Of a stretch of DNA of 41,288 nucleotides, positions 13,322 to 22,809 are shown one piece after another. A program made the position numbers and the translations under genes. The notes beneath the pieces are model-generated. The model searched no databases. It was not told where the DNA came from and saw only the letters and a program-made list of their open reading frames with translations. This stretch comes from a virus. Where the stretch lies: positions 1 to 41,288 of the IMG/VR virus record IMGVR_UViG_3300023171_000003; one strand, 5' to 3'. Positions within the stretch are counted from its first letter, which is position 1, and the number at the start of each line of letters is the position of its first letter.

Positions 13322-15718
13322 ATGACCAAGCCAGAGAAAATCACAGAAGACGGCCTTCGCGCGCTGATCGACCAAGAAGCGCAGAATGCCTATGGCTACC
13401 GTGATGGCCGGCTTGAGGAAATGCGTCGCCGGAATGAATACTACTTCCTGGCCGAAGCGAAGGAAGATCTAGCGCCCCCAGAGATTGAGGGGCGCTCGTC
13501 AGTTGTGGACACCACAGTTCGCAACACGGTACTGGGCATGGAAGGCCCGCTAATCAAGACATTCTACGGCTCAGACAACGTGTTTGAGTTCGAAGAGCGC
13601 AAGCCAGATGACGCACCGAAGGCCAAGCTTATCAGCGCCTATGTAAATCACATCTTCCGCAACAAGAATCCAGGCTACACGATCACGGCAACGTGGATTC
13701 GTGAAGCGCTGCTCAACAAGGTTGGCTTCATCAAGGTATGGTGGGACAACTCCGATGTCGAATCGCGCGAGGATTATCGCGGACAGACTGACGTGCAGCT
13801 TGCATTGCTGCTGGACGATCCAGAAGTCGAACTGATAGATCAGAAATCGTATCAGGACGAAGACGCAGCTCAAGAGAAGGCCAAAGCCATCGAGCAGGCC
13901 ACTCAGAAGCTCCAACAGATGCAGATGGCAGCGCAGCAGGCAATGAGCCAGCCGCAACCTCCAATGCAGCCAGGACAGCCTCCACAGCTACCTCCAGCCG
14001 TCGCGCAATTCCAGCAAGCGCAGCAGATGTTCCATCAGCTTCAAGCCGCGCCAATCCCGATGCTATACGACGTGAGCATGAAGCGCGTCAAGACTGGCGG
14101 CCGGCTGTGCATTGAGAACGTGCCGCCTGAAGAACTGCTGATTAGCAAGAATACTAAGTCATTCGCTACTACGCCATTTGTCGCGCATAGAGTGCGCCGC
14201 ACGTTGAGTGACCTTGAATCGTCGGGCTACAAGATTCCGGAAGAAGGCTTATCCGAGGGCGATACCGGCGCAAGCCTCAATCCTGAGCGTGTCGAGCGCG
14301 AGCAGTACAACAACTATGATTCCTACCTGACGGACATCAATCAGTCGTCGGACAAGTCCATGACGATGTACTGGATCATGGAATCTTATTTGCAGGTTGA
14401 TTATGATGGCGACGGCATTGCCGAGTGGCGCAAGGTTGTCAAATGCGGCTCGCATATCCTGGAGAACGTCGAGTGTGACGGTCCTCCATTCGTGGCGCTT
14501 GGCTCAATCCTGTTGCCGCATCAGTTCTTCGGCCTTTGCCCTGCTGATCTTGCTGTACCTACTCAGCAAATTAAGACAAGTCTTAAGCGCGCAAACCTTG
14601 ACAACATGTATTTGCAGGTCAATGGAGGTCATACGGCATTGGAAGGGCAAGTTAATCTTGATGACTTGCTTAATAACCGTCCTGGTCGAGTAGTCCGCGT
14701 TAAATCGAATGATGCTGTCCAGCCTTTGGCTCAAGGAATGGGCGATATCGCTGGTTCGATGTCGCTCATTGAATACTTTGAAAATGAGGCAGAGGAATCT
14801 ACAGGTTGGGGACGCCAGAGCCAGGGCGGCAATGGTATGCAGCTCCAGCAGACTGCCACGCAGTCGAACATCATCACCAACCGCGCCGATTCCCGCGTCG
14901 AGACAATCAGCCGCTACATGGCTGAGACTGGCTTCAAAGAGCTTGGCCTGATGATCCTCAAGCTGGTGACGAAGTATCAGAACAAGTCGGAAATGATCAA
15001 GGTTGCAGGCGGCGATTGGGTCGATGTCGATCCGCGTGAGTGGACGAATCAGTTCGATCTGTCGATTAACGTCGGCCTTGGTACTGGCAACAAGGATCAG
15101 CTCATCAATCACCTGATGGCGCTCTCCGCTAAGCAGGGTGAAGGCTTGCAGATTGGAACCGCGACTCCTGAGAACATCTATGCGCTTGACAAGAAGTTGA
15201 CCGAAGCGCTTGGCTTCAAGAATGCCGACGAGTTCTTCAGCGATCCAGCCAAACAGCCGCCTAAAGGCCCGCCGCCTGTCCCTGATTCGGTGCAAGTGGC
15301 GCAGATCAAGGCACAGAGTGACGCGCAGCTCGTGGATAAGAAGGCACAAGAATCAGCGGCTGAACGTCAGCATAATGCTGAAATGGAACAGTTCAAGATA
15401 GAGGTAGAGTCTAGAGCGAGGATGCAGATTGATCTGAACAAGCAGCAGGCTGAAGCAAACCAAAAGGAATTGGAGGCGCAGAACGAAGCGCAACTTACCG
15501 CTCTTCGTGAGCAATACGAGCACGAACGAGAAATGGCGAAGCTTGCCGATGCTGCTGCACAGCGCGAACTCGACAAGTACAAGATTGATCAGGACAACCT
15601 GACCAAGATTGCCGTGGCTGAGATTGCCGCACACAAAGAGGTTAGCAAGTCGCTGATTGCTGCCGATTCCGCAGCGCAGACGGCAGCAATGCATGGAGAA
15701 CAAGATGGCGACAATTGA
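13322..15718 (+). CDS. Portal protein (798 aa) with a Q/P-rich insertion and a long C-terminal coiled coil
   Basis: Size and position after terL and before scaffold/MCP. C-terminal ~160 aa heptad-rich helix resembling a portal barrel. Confidence 0.8.
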   Translation: MTKPEKITEDGLRALIDQEAQNAYGYRDGRLEEMRRRNEYYFLAEAKEDLAPPEIEGRSSVVDTTVRNTVLGMEGPLIKTFYGSDNVFEFEERKPDDAPKAKLISAYVNHIFRNKNPGYTITATWIREALLNKVGFIKVWWDNSDVESREDYRGQTDVQLALLLDDPEVELIDQKSYQDEDAAQEKAKAIEQATQKLQQMQMAAQQAMSQPQPPMQPGQPPQLPPAVAQFQQAQQMFHQLQAAPIPMLYDVSMKRVKTGGRLCIENVPPEELLISKNTKSFATTPFVAHRVRRTLSDLESSGYKIPEEGLSEGDTGASLNPERVEREQYNNYDSYLTDINQSSDKSMTMYWIMESYLQVDYDGDGIAEWRKVVKCGSHILENVECDGPPFVALGSILLPHQFFGLCPADLAVPTQQIKTSLKRANLDNMYLQVNGGHTALEGQVNLDDLLNNRPGRVVRVKSNDAVQPLAQGMGDIAGSMSLIEYFENEAEESTGWGRQSQGGNGMQLQQTATQSNIITNRADSRVETISRYMAETGFKELGLMILKLVTKYQNKSEMIKVAGGDWVDVDPREWTNQFDLSINVGLGTGNKDQLINHLMALSAKQGEGLQIGTATPENIYALDKKLTEALGFKNADEFFSDPAKQPPKGPPPVPDSVQVAQIKAQSDAQLVDKKAQESAAERQHNAEMEQFKIEVESRARMQIDLNKQQAEANQKELEAQNEAQLTALREQYEHEREMAKLADAAAQRELDKYKIDQDNLTKIAVAEIAAHKEVSKSLIAADSAAQTAAMHGEQDGDN

Positions 15719-15998
15719 ACAGCGCATCTATAACGGCGACCGCGCACGCGAGGTACTGGAAAACGAAGCCTTTGAGCAGGCTTTCACGGATATCAAGACG
15801 GAGATTATCGAGCAATGGACAAACTCACCGGTGCGCGACCTGGACGGCCGCGAAAAGTTGTACCAGTTACTGAAACTGGCGGACAAGTTGAAAGCGAACC
15901 TGCAAACGAGCTTGGAGACGGGAACGATGGCGAAGTTGGATCTGGCGCACCAAGAGACGCTGGCGCAGAAAGCAAAGCGTGTGATTGGGCTGGCCTGA
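15705..15998 (+). CDS. Hypothetical head-morphogenesis protein (97 aa)
   Basis: ATG with GGAGAA RBS overlapping the portal end; helical, acidic. Confidence 0.55.
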   Translation: MATIEQRIYNGDRAREVLENEAFEQAFTDIKTEIIEQWTNSPVRDLDGREKLYQLLKLADKLKANLQTSLETGTMAKLDLAHQETLAQKAKRVIGLA

Positions 15999-16153
15999 TG
16001 GCTGCCGTGGTCGCATCCAATGCGCAAGTGTCGCGTTGCTGGCATCCAGCGCCGGCCGCCGAACTGATCCAGATGCCAAACGGTAGCAACGTTGCAGTGC
16101 TGACTGGCGATGCTGCTTATCAGCTGACGACTGGCGACGTAATTAAATTGTAA
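15998..16153 (+). CDS. Small hypothetical protein (51 aa)
   Basis: TGATG coupling to the upstream gene. Confidence 0.35.
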   Translation: MAAVVASNAQVSRCWHPAPAAELIQMPNGSNVAVLTGDAAYQLTTGDVIKL

Positions 16154-16198
16154 TTCAACCCACTGGACAAGCCGCAAGGCATCCACAAGGAGCAAGAA

Positions 16199-17170
16199 AT
16201 GAGTGAAGCAGCAGATACCGGCAGTTTGGATATGGGCAGCGCATCGGACGCATTCGAGACGCTGTACGGTGGCGATCAGCCAGAAGTCGAAACGCAGGAA
16301 GCTGCTGCTGAACGCCTGGCTGCTGAAGAAGCCGCCGGCGATGCACCAAAGGATCCGCCAGAAGATGGCGAAGAGCAGGACGGCGAGGCCGCTGCGGAAC
16401 CTGAAACCGTCACCATCGAAGTTGATGGCAAGCCGGTCCAGATGACCAAAGCGGAATTGGCCGAGGCTGTGAAGGGTTCGATGCGTCAGAAGGACTACAC
16501 GCAGAAGACCATGGAAACGGCCGAAGAGAAGCGCGCTGCACAGACGGCAAAGCAGGAAGCCTACGCTAAGCGCGAAGAGTTGGCGAACAAGCTGCACACG
16601 TACACCGTGCAGACGCAAGGAACGCTTCAGCACATCGAAGCGCAGTTGACAGATGAACTGTGGCAGACAGACCCGATTCAATATGGCTTGCTGGAACGCA
16701 CCCTCAAAAAAGGACAAGCGGAACTAGCCAAGGCGAGCGGGGAGTTGCAACAGTTGCAGCAAGAATATCAGGCTGAACAAGCCGAGAAGCAGGCTCAATT
16801 CCGACAATCCCAGCACCAAGCACTGCTTGACAAGCTGCCGGACTGGAAAGACCCCGCTAAGGCGAAGGATGAGGCGCTGAAGATTCAAGCGTATCTGAAC
16901 ACTCAAGAATTCACCGGCCAAGAGCTGGGCGAAATGAACGACCATCGCCTAGTAATCCTGGCCCGCAAGGCAATGATGTACGACGGCTTGATGGAGCGTG
17001 CTGCCAAAGCGACCAAACAGGTTGCAGCAGCGCCCGCCAAGGTTGAGCGTAGTGGCACGCCAGCGCAGCGCAACGGCGCAGCAGAGGCACGCCAAGCAGC
17101 TCTCAACAAGCTATCTAAAGGTGGTGGCAAGCTCAGCGATGCTGCGGCGGCCTTCGCCTCATTCATGTAA
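16199..17170 (+). CDS. Scaffolding protein
   Basis: AAGGAG RBS. Acidic, Ala/Glu/Gln-rich, predicted helical. Immediately upstream of the major capsid gene. Confidence 0.7.
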   Translation: MSEAADTGSLDMGSASDAFETLYGGDQPEVETQEAAAERLAAEEAAGDAPKDPPEDGEEQDGEAAAEPETVTIEVDGKPVQMTKAELAEAVKGSMRQKDYTQKTMETAEEKRAAQTAKQEAYAKREELANKLHTYTVQTQGTLQHIEAQLTDELWQTDPIQYGLLERTLKKGQAELAKASGELQQLQQEYQAEQAEKQAQFRQSQHQALLDKLPDWKDPAKAKDEALKIQAYLNTQEFTGQELGEMNDHRLVILARKAMMYDGLMERAAKATKQVAAAPAKVERSGTPAQRNGAAEARQAALNKLSKGGGKLSDAAAAFASFM

Positions 17171-17207
17171 CCAAATTTCATACGCCGAGAGGCGCTAGGA
17201 GCTAAAA

Positions 17208-18131
17208 ATGGCCGCACCAGCAAATACCTTCTTATCTACTGCCGCGATTGGTAACCGCGAAGACCTGAGCGACATCATCTATCGCATCAGCCCAACTGAC
17301 GTGCCTTTCATGTCGATGATCGGCAAAGGCAAGGCAACGAACACGCTGCACGAATGGCAAACCCAAGACCTGGCAGCATTCGGCGCGAATGCACAGGCTG
17401 AAGGTGACGATGCCGCCGCCGTGGCTGTGACGCCGACTGTTCGCCTGGGCAACCGCACGCAAATCTCGACCAAAACCGTGATCGTGTCCGGCACCCAAGA
17501 GGCAACCATCAGCGCCGGCCGCAAGTCGGAAATGGGCTACCAGATGGCAATGAAAGCGCTGGAACTGAAGCGCGACATGGAGTTCGCCCTGACGCAGAAC
17601 AACGTCACTGCGACCGCCCCTCGTCAACTGCGCGGCCTGGTCGGCTGGGCTGGCGACAACGTGAACGCAGGCGTCGGCTACGTTGCACCAAACTACGTCA
17701 CCAACGTGGCGCAGACCGATGGTACGCAAGCGCTGTTCACCGAGGCTCGCCTGAAAGACGTGCTGCAAAAGGTGTTCACCGCTGGCGGTATGCCTGACAC
17801 GATCATGATGGGCCCGCTGGCAAAGCAGACCTTCTCGACCTTCACCGGTAACGCCACTCGTATGGACGAGAGCGAAGACAAGAAGCTGTATGCGTCGATT
17901 GACGTGTACGTGTCGGACTTCGGCAGCATCAAGGCCGTGCCGAACCGCTTCCAGCGCGCTCGCGACGTGTGGGTACTGCAATCGGATATGTGGTCGGTTG
18001 ACTACCTGCGCCCATTCTTCAGCCAGGATCTGGCGAAGACCGGCGACAGCCTGAAAAAGCAGCTCATCGTGGAATACACGCTGCGTTGCGGCCAGCCGAA
18101 AGCATCCGGCGCTGTACTGGATATCCTGTAA
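17208..18131 (+). CDS. Major capsid protein
   Basis: Position and size (307 aa). N-terminal GNREDLSDIIYRISPTDVPFMSMIGKGKATNTLHEWQTQDL resembles epsilon15/BPP-1/SU10-type capsid proteins (from memory). Confidence 0.8.
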   Translation: MAAPANTFLSTAAIGNREDLSDIIYRISPTDVPFMSMIGKGKATNTLHEWQTQDLAAFGANAQAEGDDAAAVAVTPTVRLGNRTQISTKTVIVSGTQEATISAGRKSEMGYQMAMKALELKRDMEFALTQNNVTATAPRQLRGLVGWAGDNVNAGVGYVAPNYVTNVAQTDGTQALFTEARLKDVLQKVFTAGGMPDTIMMGPLAKQTFSTFTGNATRMDESEDKKLYASIDVYVSDFGSIKAVPNRFQRARDVWVLQSDMWSVDYLRPFFSQDLAKTGDSLKKQLIVEYTLRCGQPKASGAVLDIL

Positions 18132-18142
18132 TCAACCCGGTC

Positions 18143-18156
18143 GGGGCTTCGGCCCC
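18143..18156 (+). terminator. GGGGC-UUCG-GCCCC hairpin after the capsid gene (attenuator or mRNA stabiliser; no clean U tract)
   Basis: 5-bp GC stem with a UUCG tetraloop, followed by TTCCTC. Confidence 0.3.
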
Positions 18157-18176
18157 TTCCTCAACTGGAGAAAATT

Positions 18177-18641
18177 ATGGGTACCAATGCACGACAAACG
18201 CAGGGCGGCGGCTTTGCTCTGTACGACGACGTTACCTCGTCCAAGGTCATGGAAGCTGGCGGCACGCACCGCGCCCTCATCATCAAGCAACTGCCTATCG
18301 TCGGCGTTGTAGCGACCACTGGTGGCGCGATCCTGGCATGGGCGAATCCTGAAAACGTCCCGATCATCATCGACCGCGTGGAAATCGATGTCATCACGAA
18401 GTCTACTGGCGCTGCGAACATCAGCGTCGGTACGGCTGCGAATGGTACGACCTCTTCGGCCAACCTGATCGACACGTATGCGATTGGCGGAACGGAGAAG
18501 GTTGTGACGAACATGGATGACAAGGGCACGAATGGCAAATCTGTCCAAAAGATGAGCCTCTCGCAGTTCCTGACCATCACCGGCAGCGCAACCACGGCTG
18601 GCCTTGTTGCTACCGTCAACGTTCACTACTACACGACCTAA
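18177..18641 (+). CDS. Putative capsid decoration/cement protein (154 aa)
   Basis: Directly downstream of the MCP; Gly/Thr/Ala-rich, beta-rich composition. Call is by position only. Confidence 0.45.
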   Translation: MGTNARQTQGGGFALYDDVTSSKVMEAGGTHRALIIKQLPIVGVVATTGGAILAWANPENVPIIIDRVEIDVITKSTGAANISVGTAANGTTSSANLIDTYAIGGTEKVVTNMDDKGTNGKSVQKMSLSQFLTITGSATTAGLVATVNVHYYTT

Positions 18642-18646
18642 ACCAG

Positions 18647-18667
18647 CAGCCCTTCGGGGCTGTTTTT
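18647..18667 (+). terminator. Rho-independent terminator
   Basis: CAGCCC-TTCG-GGGCTG followed by TTTTT. Confidence 0.7.
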
Positions 18668-18677
18668 GGAGATAGCC

Positions 18678-18980
18678 ATGCGTATCAAAGCATTTCACAC
18701 AGCAGGCAAGGCCACGGTCAAGATAGCAGCCGGAGCAGCTAGCTTGTCTGCTGCACTAGACCAGTTCAGCAACGCCGTGCGCGTGTACAACGCCGGTCCT
18801 AACGCCTGCCGCATCAAGTTCAGCGGTCCTGCTGGTGCGGCTGTAGCAGCCACGGCAACGGATATGAACGTACTGCCGAATTCCGTCGAAGTCTTCACCA
18901 AAGGCGATGCGACATTCGTCACCGCTATCTGTGACACCGGCACGGCAGCGATTGAGTTTACTGACGGCGAGGGGATTTAA
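18678..18980 (+). CDS. Hypothetical virion protein (100 aa)
   Basis: GGAGATAGCC RBS at the internal ATG. Confidence 0.55.
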   Translation: MRIKAFHTAGKATVKIAAGAASLSAALDQFSNAVRVYNAGPNACRIKFSGPAGAAVAATATDMNVLPNSVEVFTKGDATFVTAICDTGTAAIEFTDGEGI

Positions 18981-18981
18981 C

Positions 18982-19320
18982 ATGAGCTACCGAGCAGGCG
19001 GTATTTCTAAATCTGACGTGATGCAAGCGGCCACGCCTGCGCCGCCGAGTACGGGTGGCACGGTAACGGTAACCAATACAGGCTTGACCGGCTTAACTGT
19101 CGTCAATCCTGCTGGCACGCTTGCAACACTGAGTATCACATTACCCGCAGATGCAAATAGCACGATTGGTCAAGTTGAGCGTATCGCGTTTCTTAAATCG
19201 ATCACTGCATTGACCATCAATGGCGCGACCACAATTCTAGGCGCTCCAGTCTCGGCTGTTTTAGGCGATAACATCGGCTTCCAGAAGGTAGCCGCCAACA
19301 CATGGACGCGCATGTCATGA
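18982..19320 (+). CDS. Hypothetical virion protein (112 aa)
   Basis: Starts 2 nt after the upstream stop; structural-module context. Confidence 0.55.
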   Translation: MSYRAGGISKSDVMQAATPAPPSTGGTVTVTNTGLTGLTVVNPAGTLATLSITLPADANSTIGQVERIAFLKSITALTINGATTILGAPVSAVLGDNIGFQKVAANTWTRMS

Positions 19321-20003
19321 AAAAAGCTCTTTTCGCTATCTTGGCTCTGGCGTCCTGCTTCGCATATGCAGACCCAACCGACGTTACGGTACGCCAACGC
19401 AATATCACTGATACGGCATACATTGACCGTTTCATTCCATTCCCAGCCGGTGGCGTAAGCTGTTTGTTCTCACTCGACGGCGCAAGTGTTCAGCCTGGCT
19501 GCTATCTGCTTGGTTCAGGCCTATCGCTGGGTAGCGGTGTACTTACTGCATCTGGCTCGCCAGGTCCTCAAGGCCCGCAGGGTGTGGCAGGGCCGCAAGG
19601 TGCGCAAGGTATCCAGGGTGCTACTGGGGCTACTGGTGCGCAAGGGCCAATTGGCCTGACTGGCGCTACTGGTCCAACCGGAGCAACCGGAGCAACCGGA
19701 GCTACAGGGGCGGCTGGCGTCTCGCCGATCGTCAACCGCGCGCGCATTACCACGGCGAGCGATGGCACATACACGTGGACCTATCCGACTGCCTGCCCTG
19801 CTGGCACTGTGCCAGTCATCCAAATGACGCCAGAGGGAAGCGCCAGCGTGACCTACAACACCGTCATCACCGCAGCGCCGACGAATACCAGCGCCAGCAT
19901 CAAGATCACGCAGGTAACCGATGTGGTTGTGTTGAGCATCCATGTGCTTGGCGTTGCTCCCGCGAGCGCCACAGTGGTTCATTTGACCGCAATTTGCCCT
20001 TAA
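19317..20003 (+). CDS. Collagen-like repeat protein with an N-terminal signal-peptide-like segment (228 aa)
   Basis: [20 protein letters not shown]. About 19 uninterrupted G-X-Y triplets ([16 protein letters not shown]...GATGATGATGAAG), nt ~19554-19724. ATGA overlap upstream. Confidence 0.7.
   Translation: MKKALFAILALASCFAYADPTDVTVRQRNITDTAYIDRFIPFPAGGVSCLFSLDGASVQPGCYLLGSGLSLGSGVLTASGSPGPQGPQGVAGPQGAQGIQGATGATGAQGPIGLTGATGPTGATGATGATGAAGVSPIVNRARITTASDGTYTWTYPTACPAGTVPVIQMTPEGSASVTYNTVITAAPTNTSASIKITQVTDVVVLSIHVLGVAPASATVVHLTAICP
19675..19701 (+). repeat. Three perfect tandem 9-bp units (caaccggag) within the collagen-like repeat
   Basis: Read directly: caaccggag caaccggag caaccggag. Confidence 0.85.
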
Positions 20004-20012
20004 GGAACCATC

Positions 20013-20426
20013 ATGCCAAAGAATATTAGCCAAAACTCGGTAGTTGACACGACAGCCAACAAGGTTACGGTCAACTCCGCTCCGCAAGGCGCTGGTCAGA
20101 CCTTCGCCTACACTCTGTCGAGCACTACAGCAACTATCTTCAACACCAGTGCTGCCGGCTCGGTCGAATACCAGTTGAATGCTGGCCCTTGGGTACTGAT
20201 CCCCCGAGGTACTGGCCCGACGATCAACTGCGATCTGGCTGTTGACACGATTAAGCTGCGCCAGGTAAACGTTTCGGATGGCGTTACAACTGTGGAAATC
20301 AGTGTTGAAAGCGCGCCATCGTCCAACTACGGCGGCATTGTAGCGCCGCTGGTGATCATCAATCTGACTGGTACTGCGCCGGCCAACGCAGACGGCCGGC
20401 CAATAGGTACGCTGTACTTCTACTGA
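20013..20426 (+). CDS. Hypothetical tail-associated protein (137 aa)
   Basis: AAGGAA RBS; structural context. Confidence 0.55.
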   Translation: MPKNISQNSVVDTTANKVTVNSAPQGAGQTFAYTLSSTTATIFNTSAAGSVEYQLNAGPWVLIPRGTGPTINCDLAVDTIKLRQVNVSDGVTTVEISVESAPSSNYGGIVAPLVIINLTGTAPANADGRPIGTLYFY

Positions 20427-20438
20427 TCGAGAACTACT

Positions 20439-21638
20439 ATGCCAGTTAAAATTAAAAAAGCCGGTGGGTATGTTGATGCCACGGTAATGGTTAAGAAAAT
20501 TGGCGGATATGTGTCGGCTAATGGCATGCTTAAAGTTGCAAATGCATATCAAAGTGTAACCACACCACCAGATCCTAGCTATACCAAGACTCGCGCTCAG
20601 CTTGCAGCCGTATCTGGTGGAACTGGTTACGCTCGATTTGCAGTCATGGGCGATTCAACTGTTGCTGGTTTCGGCTCTACTGGTGCGACTCCAAACCGCT
20701 CAGGCGCTGTGGTTGTAGGCCTCAAGGCGGCCCTGCGAGCAACCCAATCGCGCCCAGTGTTGTCCACCAGCTATATCGGCGATCAAAGCTTCTTCGTGAC
20801 CAATGGCATTGCGGCGCATACAGTTGATTCCCGCCTATCGGCACCAGATGGTACTGGCTACACGGCGCAAACCACGCGCTGCGCTGGTGGTTCGATGCTG
20901 GCCAACTCGCTCAATGCTAACCGCCTAGGGTTCCTAGCTGAAGACCCAGTAGATACGTTTGATATCTACTATGCAAGGAACGCAGGTCTTGGCAGTACAA
21001 AGGTCAATCGCGTTGGTTCTGTGCAGGGTACGTTTAATGGCGCTGGAACTCCTTCCGCAACCCTAAAGTACACGTACAGCACTGTGCTAGGTTCGACTGA
21101 CCCGCTATATTTCGCGATCAACTCGGGTAACTCTTTCATCAGTGGGATCGATGCTTACGACAGCACCACGAAGTCTGTGCGATTGTTCGGCATTGGCTGG
21201 TCTGGCGGCAGGGTGGCAGATTGGATTGCCAATGTAAATGGATTTGATCCATTCCCTTCACTGCTGGCGATGCAATTGGATTTGGTTGTTCTTCGCGTAG
21301 GAACCAACGATGCGCGCACCAATAGCGGCCTGGCCGCTTTCAGCACCAACTTGACCACACTGGTAGATGCGCTGATTGCTGGCGGAACTAACGTCGCGAT
21401 TGCAACACATTTCCCATTTGATCCTGCTGTGGCATCACAAGCTCAGCAAGACTCGTATGTACAGGCCGCTCGCGATGTTGCTACTTCGCGTAGCTTGCGT
21501 GTGTTTGACACTTATGCTCGCATCGGAACCTATGCAAATGCAGTAGCCAATGGTTGGATGTATGACACTTTGCATCCGAATGCAAGCGGCTACCAAATTG
21601 ATACTGCATTGATGGCTACTTTCATTCTGTCGCTGTGA
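20439..21638 (+). CDS. Tail-associated SGNH/GDSL hydrolase (putative polysaccharide esterase/deacetylase)
   Basis: Block I FAVMGDSTVAG, block III VGTNDAR, block V DTLHPN. N-terminal repeated KKxGGYV motif, as seen in fibre/spike adaptor regions. Confidence 0.7.
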   Translation: MPVKIKKAGGYVDATVMVKKIGGYVSANGMLKVANAYQSVTTPPDPSYTKTRAQLAAVSGGTGYARFAVMGDSTVAGFGSTGATPNRSGAVVVGLKAALRATQSRPVLSTSYIGDQSFFVTNGIAAHTVDSRLSAPDGTGYTAQTTRCAGGSMLANSLNANRLGFLAEDPVDTFDIYYARNAGLGSTKVNRVGSVQGTFNGAGTPSATLKYTYSTVLGSTDPLYFAINSGNSFISGIDAYDSTTKSVRLFGIGWSGGRVADWIANVNGFDPFPSLLAMQLDLVVLRVGTNDARTNSGLAAFSTNLTTLVDALIAGGTNVAIATHFPFDPAVASQAQQDSYVQAARDVATSRSLRVFDTYARIGTYANAVANGWMYDTLHPNASGYQIDTALMATFILSL

Positions 21639-21655
21639 TAGCCAAGGAAAATAAT

Positions 21656-21985
21656 ATGAACCCAGCACTCGTAGCAATCCAGAAGCACCGCGCCTCCAAG
21701 CATGAGGTATCGACCCGGTATATCGACACTGGCGAGGTATCCGGCATCCTGCGCACGCAAGATTGCACGCCTATCGCAGAGTACGCCAAGGCACAGCACA
21801 ACGCCGGCATGTTCGGCACGACTGATGTTAAGCATGCGGCAAAGCTTCCATTAGTAATTGTGGAAAAGTATTGCAATGATATTGGTATCACGTTTTCGGA
21901 ATTTATGCAGAATCCGATCCATATCAAGCGGGTTACATTGGATCCAAAAAACAGTGATTTCCGCATCTGGAAGGGGAACTTCTGA
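21656..21985 (+). CDS. Hypothetical protein (109 aa)
   Basis: AAGGAAAATAAT RBS at the internal ATG. Confidence 0.55.
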   Translation: MNPALVAIQKHRASKHEVSTRYIDTGEVSGILRTQDCTPIAEYAKAQHNAGMFGTTDVKHAAKLPLVIVEKYCNDIGITFSEFMQNPIHIKRVTLDPKNSDFRIWKGNF

Positions 21986-22599
21986 TGGCAATCGGCACGT
22001 ACGCAGAGTTGCAGGCAGCAGTGGCGCGCTGGATGCATCGCACCAATCTGACCGGTGATATTCCCGACTTCATCATGTTGGCGGAGAAGCGCATCACCAC
22101 CATGCTCAATGCTGACTTCCAGAACTCGGCAGGTACGATCACGACGGTGTCTGGTCAGCAGTATGCTGATTTGCCAAGCGATCTGCTTAACGCATTCTCG
22201 CTGTCGATTCCCAACGTTACGCCATCGATTGATTATGTGACGCTTGAGCAGCTTAACAGCAAGTATTACGTGGGTAGCGTTGGCACGCCGCAAAAGTATT
22301 CGATCCTCGCTGGGCGGATTTACTTCGGCCCAACGCCAGATGCTGTCTACACGGTCAAATGCTTCTATGAGGCGTCTATCCCTGCGCTAAGCGACGATGC
22401 GCCAACCAACACGCTGCTGACCACCTGGCCGAATATTTATCTGTGGGGATCGCTTGTTGAGGCCGCGAAGTTTGCGCGAGACAAGGATACTCAATCTAGT
22501 TTCAACAATGATTTTCTGGAAGCAATGGAATCTGTTAACATTCTAGACTGGTCCAAAGCTGGTCCATTAACGGTTCGTTCTGATGTCAGGAGCGTATGA
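21985..22599 (+). CDS. Virion structural protein (204 aa), possibly a head-tail adaptor
   Basis: ATGA-type coupling. N-terminal YAELQAAVARWMHRTNLTGDIPDFIMLAEKRI resembles adaptor-type proteins; weak. Confidence 0.5.
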   Translation: MAIGTYAELQAAVARWMHRTNLTGDIPDFIMLAEKRITTMLNADFQNSAGTITTVSGQQYADLPSDLLNAFSLSIPNVTPSIDYVTLEQLNSKYYVGSVGTPQKYSILAGRIYFGPTPDAVYTVKCFYEASIPALSDDAPTNTLLTTWPNIYLWGSLVEAAKFARDKDTQSSFNNDFLEAMESVNILDWSKAGPLTVRSDVRSV

Positions 22600-22802
22600 T
22601 GATCGATTTAGAGGCAATGCAAGTAGGCGATGTGCTTCCGCTGACCACTGGCAAGCGCTGGGAGCCTGAGCAGCGCGCCGAGTATCAGCGTGCGCAGGAA
22701 TATTCGCGCTCCAGCGGTCGCCGCTTTGAGGTCGATACCATCTACAAAGACTTGCCGGGTGGCCGCACGCCTGCCGGCTTCACGATTAAACGGACCAAAT
22801 AG
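22596..22802 (+). CDS. Hypothetical protein (68 aa)
   Basis: ATGA overlap. Confidence 0.5.
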   Translation: MMIDLEAMQVGDVLPLTTGKRWEPEQRAEYQRAQEYSRSSGRRFEVDTIYKDLPGGRTPAGFTIKRTK

Positions 22803-22809
22803 GCGAATC

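Noticed and set aside
15728-16717. 329-aa minus-strand ORF across the scaffold region
   Set aside because: It is antisense to well-supported plus-strand genes (15705-15998 and the scaffold), has odd Leu/Arg/Cys/Phe-rich composition, and has no RBS.
18143-18156. Full terminator after the capsid gene
   Set aside because: The stem-loop is clear, but the downstream TTCCTC is not a proper U tract. I kept it only as a low-confidence attenuator or stabiliser hairpin.
19521-20552. 343-aa minus-strand ORF
   Set aside because: It is antisense to the collagen-like gene and the two downstream tail genes, and its Arg/Ser/Cys-rich composition is typical of a GC-rich antisense frame.
21622-22293. 223-aa minus-strand ORF
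   Set aside because: It is antisense to two coupled plus-strand structural genes and has implausible composition.
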